Origin: Styela clava
Taxonomy: Eukaryota
DNA: 64,000 nt
Reading direction: 5' to 3'
NCBI RefSeq assembly: GCF_964204865.1
Contig: NW_027556749.1
Coordinates: 1-64,000 of the forward strand
Made by a program: the position numbers and the translations under genes. Of the stretch, positions 59,276 through 64,000 are shown piece after piece. The notes beneath the pieces were generated by a model. It had not been told where the DNA came from, searched no databases, and saw only the letters and a list, made by a program, of their open reading frames with translations. Each line of letters starts with the position of its first letter. Within the stretch, counting starts at the first letter, position 1.

Positions 59276-59351
59276 GGATCTGTGGTGTAATGGATAACAT
59301 GCCTCTCTGTCTAAGAGAAGATAGCGAGTTCGATTCTCGTCAGGTCCGCCA
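59276..59351 (+). tRNA. tRNA-Asp(GUC), copy 2
   Basis: Repeat copy. Confidence 0.92.
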
Positions 59352-59352
59352 C

Positions 59353-59438
59353 GGAGGAGTAGCGAAGTGGTTAAACGCGTCTGACTGTAAATCAGATTCT
59401 TTTTAGATACGGGAGTTCGAATCTCTTTTCCTCCACCA
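59353..59438 (+). tRNA. tRNA-Tyr(GUA), copy 2
   Basis: Repeat copy. Confidence 0.94.
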
Positions 59439-59442
59439 TTAT

Positions 59443-59518
59443 CGGAAAGTAGCTTAGATGGAAAAGCACTCGGTTTGGGTCCGAGAGATCATAGGTTCAA
59501 ATCCTCTCTTTCCGACCA
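59443..59518 (+). tRNA. tRNA-Pro(UGG), copy 2
   Basis: Repeat copy. Confidence 0.94.
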
Positions 59519-59522
59519 TTTT

Positions 59523-59613
59523 GGAGCGATACCCAAGCTGGTTTAAGGGGACTCATTGCTAATGAGTTAGGTTAGTTTCTGACGCATGGGTTCGAATCCC
59601 ATTTGCTCCGCCA
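59523..59613 (+). tRNA. tRNA-Ser(GCU), copy 2
   Basis: Repeat copy. Confidence 0.94.
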
Positions 59614-59614
59614 C

Positions 59615-59691
59615 GCCCGATTAGCTCAGTTGGTTAGAGCGATTGCCCGTTAAGCAAGAGGTCACAAGTTCGAATCCTGTATTGGGCGCCA
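59615..59691 (+). tRNA. tRNA-Asn(GUU), copy 2
   Basis: Repeat copy. Confidence 0.92.
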
Positions 59692-59692
59692 C

Positions 59693-59768
59693 GCCTTGTT
59701 AACTCAAACGGTAGAGTAGTTGCCTTTTAAGCAAACGGTTAAAGGTTCGAGTCCTTTACGAGGCACCA
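59693..59768 (+). tRNA. tRNA-Lys(UUU), copy 2
   Basis: Repeat copy. Confidence 0.93.
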
Positions 59769-59773
59769 TTTTT

Positions 59774-59850
59774 GCCCACGTAGCTCAATTGATCAGAGTA
59801 AGGGTGTTCTAAGCCCTAGGTTGAAGGTTTGAATCCTTCCGTGGGTACCA
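59774..59850 (+). tRNA. tRNA-Arg(UCU), copy 2
   Basis: Repeat copy. Confidence 0.92.
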
Positions 59851-59985
59851 TTTTATTTATCTGGTCCAAAAATCCAAGGACCAGCTCTACAGACTCAAGG
59901 CTAGTCAAAGGTAGCACTATATTAGTGTAAGCCTAGTTTGCCACCACTGTCTCTACAGACCATTTTGACATGTGGTAAACGTTTC

Positions 59986-60059
59986 GCAGATGTAGTTTAG
60001 TGGTAGAACCTCAGATTTCCAATCTGATTGCGGGAGTTCAATTCTCCCCATCTGCTCCA
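59986..60059 (+). tRNA. tRNA-Gly(UCC), copy 2
   Basis: Repeat copy. Confidence 0.94.
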
Positions 60060-61405
60060 ATATTTCAATGTCATTTTTGACATTTTCAGGAACAACGACG
60101 TCTATAACGTCAGATTCCAAATGTGCCGAGCATCACAATTTAAACTGCTCATTATTTGAGGTGATCAAAATGAAAACGATATGCGTCAAAAGAAACATGA
60201 CTCAAAGTGAAAAACTTTTAGTTTTAAGACAGAAGAGGCTAGTTTTAATATCACAAATAAAACACGTCAAACTTCTTTTTTTCTTATGTTTGTTTGTAAT
60301 AATCATACCTTACTATTTATATGTAAAGTGTTATCGAAACGTGAAAATTATAAACAAAATAAAAAAAATTAATACTAAAATAGTAGAGCGAGGTGGGTAC
60401 GAAACTAGCGTACAAAAATTATATAATCCTCATACTACGAAAATCCCTTGAAAAAGTCATAGTTAAATAATAATATTACTATGGACAGAGAAAAAAAGAA
60501 AAAGAAGATTGAAGACGAAAATGATATCGCTGATGTTGTTATTGTTTCAGTTTTTATATAAATGACAAATGAAGAAAAACGAATGTATGATTGATACATT
60601 TGATCAGTTTCAACAATGATACAAAAAAATATGATTGATTTAAGAACTCTAAAAAATCAAGTAAAAGAGTTAAGATATATGTTAATGGCTGATTTTGAAG
60701 GACCACCTCCACATTGAGAGTCTGAATATGTGAATCCACGATATTTCACAATCTTAGAAATTGTAAAAAAGAAAGAAGAGGCTATGCAGTATGGTGTTGA
60801 TAATTACGACAAAATAAAACAAGGTAAAAAAATGAAAGAAAAATGAGATGACAACAGATAAGATTACATCTTAGGAGAAAAAAATATGTTATATAGAATA
60901 GAAAAATATGATATGATTCATAGAGATTGAGCAAAACACGCAACATCACAAATATATAATGATTATGTTAAATATTGTGAAATATTAATAGAAAAAGATG
61001 ACTTACAATTAGAAGATCTTAAAGAATCATTAGATTTAGTTAAATACTCTATATTGAATTTGACAGAAACAATTTTAAAATGTATAAAAGAAGGGCAATC
61101 AATTATGCCACACAACAGTCTTTTAGAACATAAAATTGAAATTAAAACAGCTTTAGAATATTGTATTAAAAATTTTAATAATATTAAGGAGGTTTGATAA
61201 TAATGTTGACAGATGCGCAAGCTAAAGAAGACATGAAGTTTTTAACAGAAAAAGGAAAAGTGGAGTTACTCACCATTAAACATTGAGTAGAAGAAAAAGA
61301 TTTTAAGTTAAAAAAATTGTTACAATTATCACTTAGAGTTGAAGAAACAAATAAAGCAATAAAATATTGTATTAAAAATTATAATAAAATAAAGGAGAAA
61401 AAATA

Positions 61406-62059
61406 ATGAAAACAACAAATGAAAAATTAATAGGAACTATAATGACATTACTAATAGAAGAAGATGGGCTAAGTTGAACTAAACAGTTAACAGACAAACA
61501 AATTGATTTAATCAAAAAATATATACCACAATATGATCCAAAAAAAATATACAAACAATTTGATACTTTTGTATATAAAGATGTAGTTTGTGTTGTAGAA
61601 ACATATGATCTAGGTTATATGTGAGCGTATCCTTTACTAAAGAATAGCGCTGAAAAATATAGTAGCGCAGGTGATGGAACATTAATTAAACTTTATGATG
61701 AGTATGATTCAACATTACCAAAACCTTTTAACAAACTAGATGCTAATTTAAATTTGGAATATATGAATTCGATTTATAACTGAATTGGAGATGGCGCACC
61801 TGAATCTTTAAAATTTAAATATATTAACACAAAAAAAACATTTAAAAAGTTAGATACTATACATGAAAGTCATAAAATTTTAGGTGTGGCATTTAGTAAA
61901 GTAATCGACGTTTATTTGAAACCAATTTTAGAACGTATTGAAAAACTTGAAAAAAAAGTAGAAGATTTACCAACACGTGCCGTAATTGGAGACTGCTTAT
62001 ATCCAATAGGTAAACGTATTGAAAAACTCGAAGACAAGGTTAAGAATAATGACAAATAA
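61406..62059 (+). CDS. Stand-alone fibre repeat domain protein (copy 2)
   Basis: Same as 15062..15715. Confidence 0.85.
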
Positions 62060-62992
62060 TGATATATATAAAAAATTTATCAAACATGTTTCAGTATTAG
62101 TGATAAATAATTTAATTAATTTAGAAAATTTAAAAGATATGTTGACTATAACAAAAAATGAAATATTAGAACGTTCAGAAGAAATTATTAAAAAGATGTA
62201 CCGCAGAGAATGAGGAGAAATAACTTTCAACGAAGAAATACAATTAGAATGTATTATGATTAAAAAAGCATTGGAACATTGTATCAAAAATTTCGATAAA
62301 ATCAAAGGAGAAAAATAATGATTAGAGATTGAGAATGAGAATATAGCGAAAGAGAAAAATATTTAGAAAAAAATAGAAGATTTGTATTATCAAGTAATGA
62401 TAGATTTTATAATAGTAACGATGAATCAGATTATAGAATTATAGAAGACTTGATAATATATGAAATATATAATAAACATATGACTATTAAAGATCTTAAA
62501 AAATTATTTTATGAATATAGCACGCGAGAGTTTGAAGAAAAAAGAAACCATTTTAAAAAATTTCAAATTACATCATTAGAAAGTGTACGACAAATAGGTA
62601 TAATTACTCGACATTGTGAAGCTATGAAGAATTTATTAAGTTTTCATATTATTAAACAAGAAGAAAAAAAGGAGAAAAAAGAATAATGTATTACGACCCA
62701 GAAACAGATGTAACAACATCACCAAATATTGATCGTGAAGATTCACCATGAAAAATAGAATTAGAAAGATTTTATAATGAAAATAAAGAATTAAAAGAAA
62801 AAAATAAAGAATTAGAAGAAAAAAATGAAGATTTGAAGTTTGAGATGTACTGTATGAAAATGAACAGATGTCCAAATATAATACGCCATTATAGATATTA
62901 TAGTCGTTGTTGTAAGGATACTTGTTTTAGTTTACGAAAAGATCCTCATTTTAAACGATATTATAAATGTCGTTGCTGAACGGTCAACTAAA

Positions 62993-63592
62993 ATGTTAGA
63001 TTTCAGAGGACAAAATTTATACAACTTAGGGCCAATTTTTTTAGTTACTGGCCCTATGTTTGCCGGAAAAACGGCTTGAGTACAAAGAAAATTAATTGAA
63101 TGAGAGTGTGAAGACGCACCTATTTTTCAACGTGAAGATACTATTAGAAAAGAAAGACAGATTGAAAATGTGATTCCATATAAAAATAACGTTGATTTAA
63201 AATCGAAATTAGACGAAGTTCTTAATAAAATTTTAAATAAAAAGTTACCCCAAATCATCGTTTTTGAAGAATGTCATTTCTTGCCTCTTGAATTCTTTAA
63301 CGATATTGACAAATTAATCAGCTGAGGTATTGTATTGTTATTTTGTGGTCTTAGATTACTTAATAATGATGTACGCCGTTTCATGATGAAAACATTAGAA
63401 GGAAAAGCAGATTTTATTGTCAATTTAGAAGGTACTGATTTTTGCTCATCATGTGAAGATATGCCAGATTACTCTTTGTCATATCGAAAATCAACTAAAT
63501 CAACAAGCTATGTTGGTGGATCAGACACTTACCAAGCATTATGCATGAAATGTTTCATAAAAAAAGAAAAATATAAGGAGAAAAATATATAA
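62993..63592 (+). CDS. tdk: Thymidine kinase (copy 2)
   Basis: Same as 16649..17248. Confidence 0.9.
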
Positions 63593-64000
63593 AAATGAAT
63601 ATGAACGAAAATAATAATATCGAACAAAATAACGCACTAAAAAATATCGAGTATTATATGTGACAAAATATTTTTAAAGGTGCTTATACTGGAGTTTCAT
63701 TACTCTCAATACCAAAAGTTTTTGATTTCGATTTTAAAAAAATGTATCAAGACAAACCAAAAAAAGGTAAAAAAGAAAAGGATTCAGATTTTAACAATAG
63801 AAAAGTACAAGTTACAAATTACAATCAAGTTGTAAAAAGTTATATTAGTACTCACGAAAAAATAATTAAAGATTTTAAAGTATCATTGAAAACATTAAAT
63901 CCACTAATTTTGACTGAAATCTTAAAAAAAATAAATGATGGAATTGTGTCTTGATATACAATTAATAAATTAGATTTCAAAGTAACAATTAACGACTTAC

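Larger units (their letters stand above)
46258..64000 (+). repeat. Second tandem copy of 1-17656, near identical except 47947-49318 and 3 bases near the start
   Basis: Identical ORFs at offset +46257 before the variable locus and +46344 after it. Confidence 0.97.

Noticed and set aside
1-64000. Widespread pseudogenisation suggested by the short ORF fragments
   Set aside because: Fragments end in TGA and continue in frame with intact catalytic motifs; this is genetic code 4.
1-64000. TGA=Gly (code 25) or phage-driven recoding by a suppressor tRNA
   Set aside because: TGA aligns with TGG and with conserved aromatic positions, and no UCA-anticodon tRNA is present.
46258-64000. A 17.7-kb physical direct terminal repeat
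   Set aside because: The repeat runs off the window end and holds a different allele; a concatemer or assembly bubble is simpler. It cannot be settled without reads.

Overview
This window is a roughly 46.26-kb, AT-rich tailed dsDNA phage genome (1-46257), followed by the first ~17.7 kb of a second, nearly identical copy (46258-64000). It uses genetic code 4 (TGA=Trp), so the supplied ORF track is fragmented at TGA codons. I rebuilt the genes by reading through TGA; the two longest ORFs were checked by frame continuity and spot checks, not codon by codon. The code and the lack of a recognisable endolysin point to a wall-less Mollicutes host (inference). Layout: (1) a CpG-richer leading segment with two minus-strand genes, one very acidic; (2) an origin-like imperfect palindrome; (3) a plus-strand early/middle region with promoter-delimited cassettes, m6A methyltransferase, peptidyl-tRNA hydrolase, minimal LigA-like ligase, thymidylate and thymidine kinases, a sigma factor, a 12-tRNA array including tRNA-Ile(UAU) with structured non-tRNA RNAs, an expanded small-protein family, a PD-(D/E)XK nuclease, a RuvC-like resolvase, a PolB with a C-terminal primase-like extension and an SF3 helicase; (4) a convergent minus-strand virion module with scaffold, capsid, a ~2818-aa adaptor-fused repeat fibre, portal, a ~1807-aa virion protein and terminase. 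The two copies differ at a ~1.3-kb locus (origin variant plus swapped first early cassette) and at a few terminal bases. Best leads: a stand-alone early copy of the fibre's repeat domain; a perfect 49-bp element shared by the tRNA array and late operon, both with switch-like leaders; a tRNA/Pth translation-rescue kit with non-canonical anticodon loops; and the PolB-primase-like fusion.
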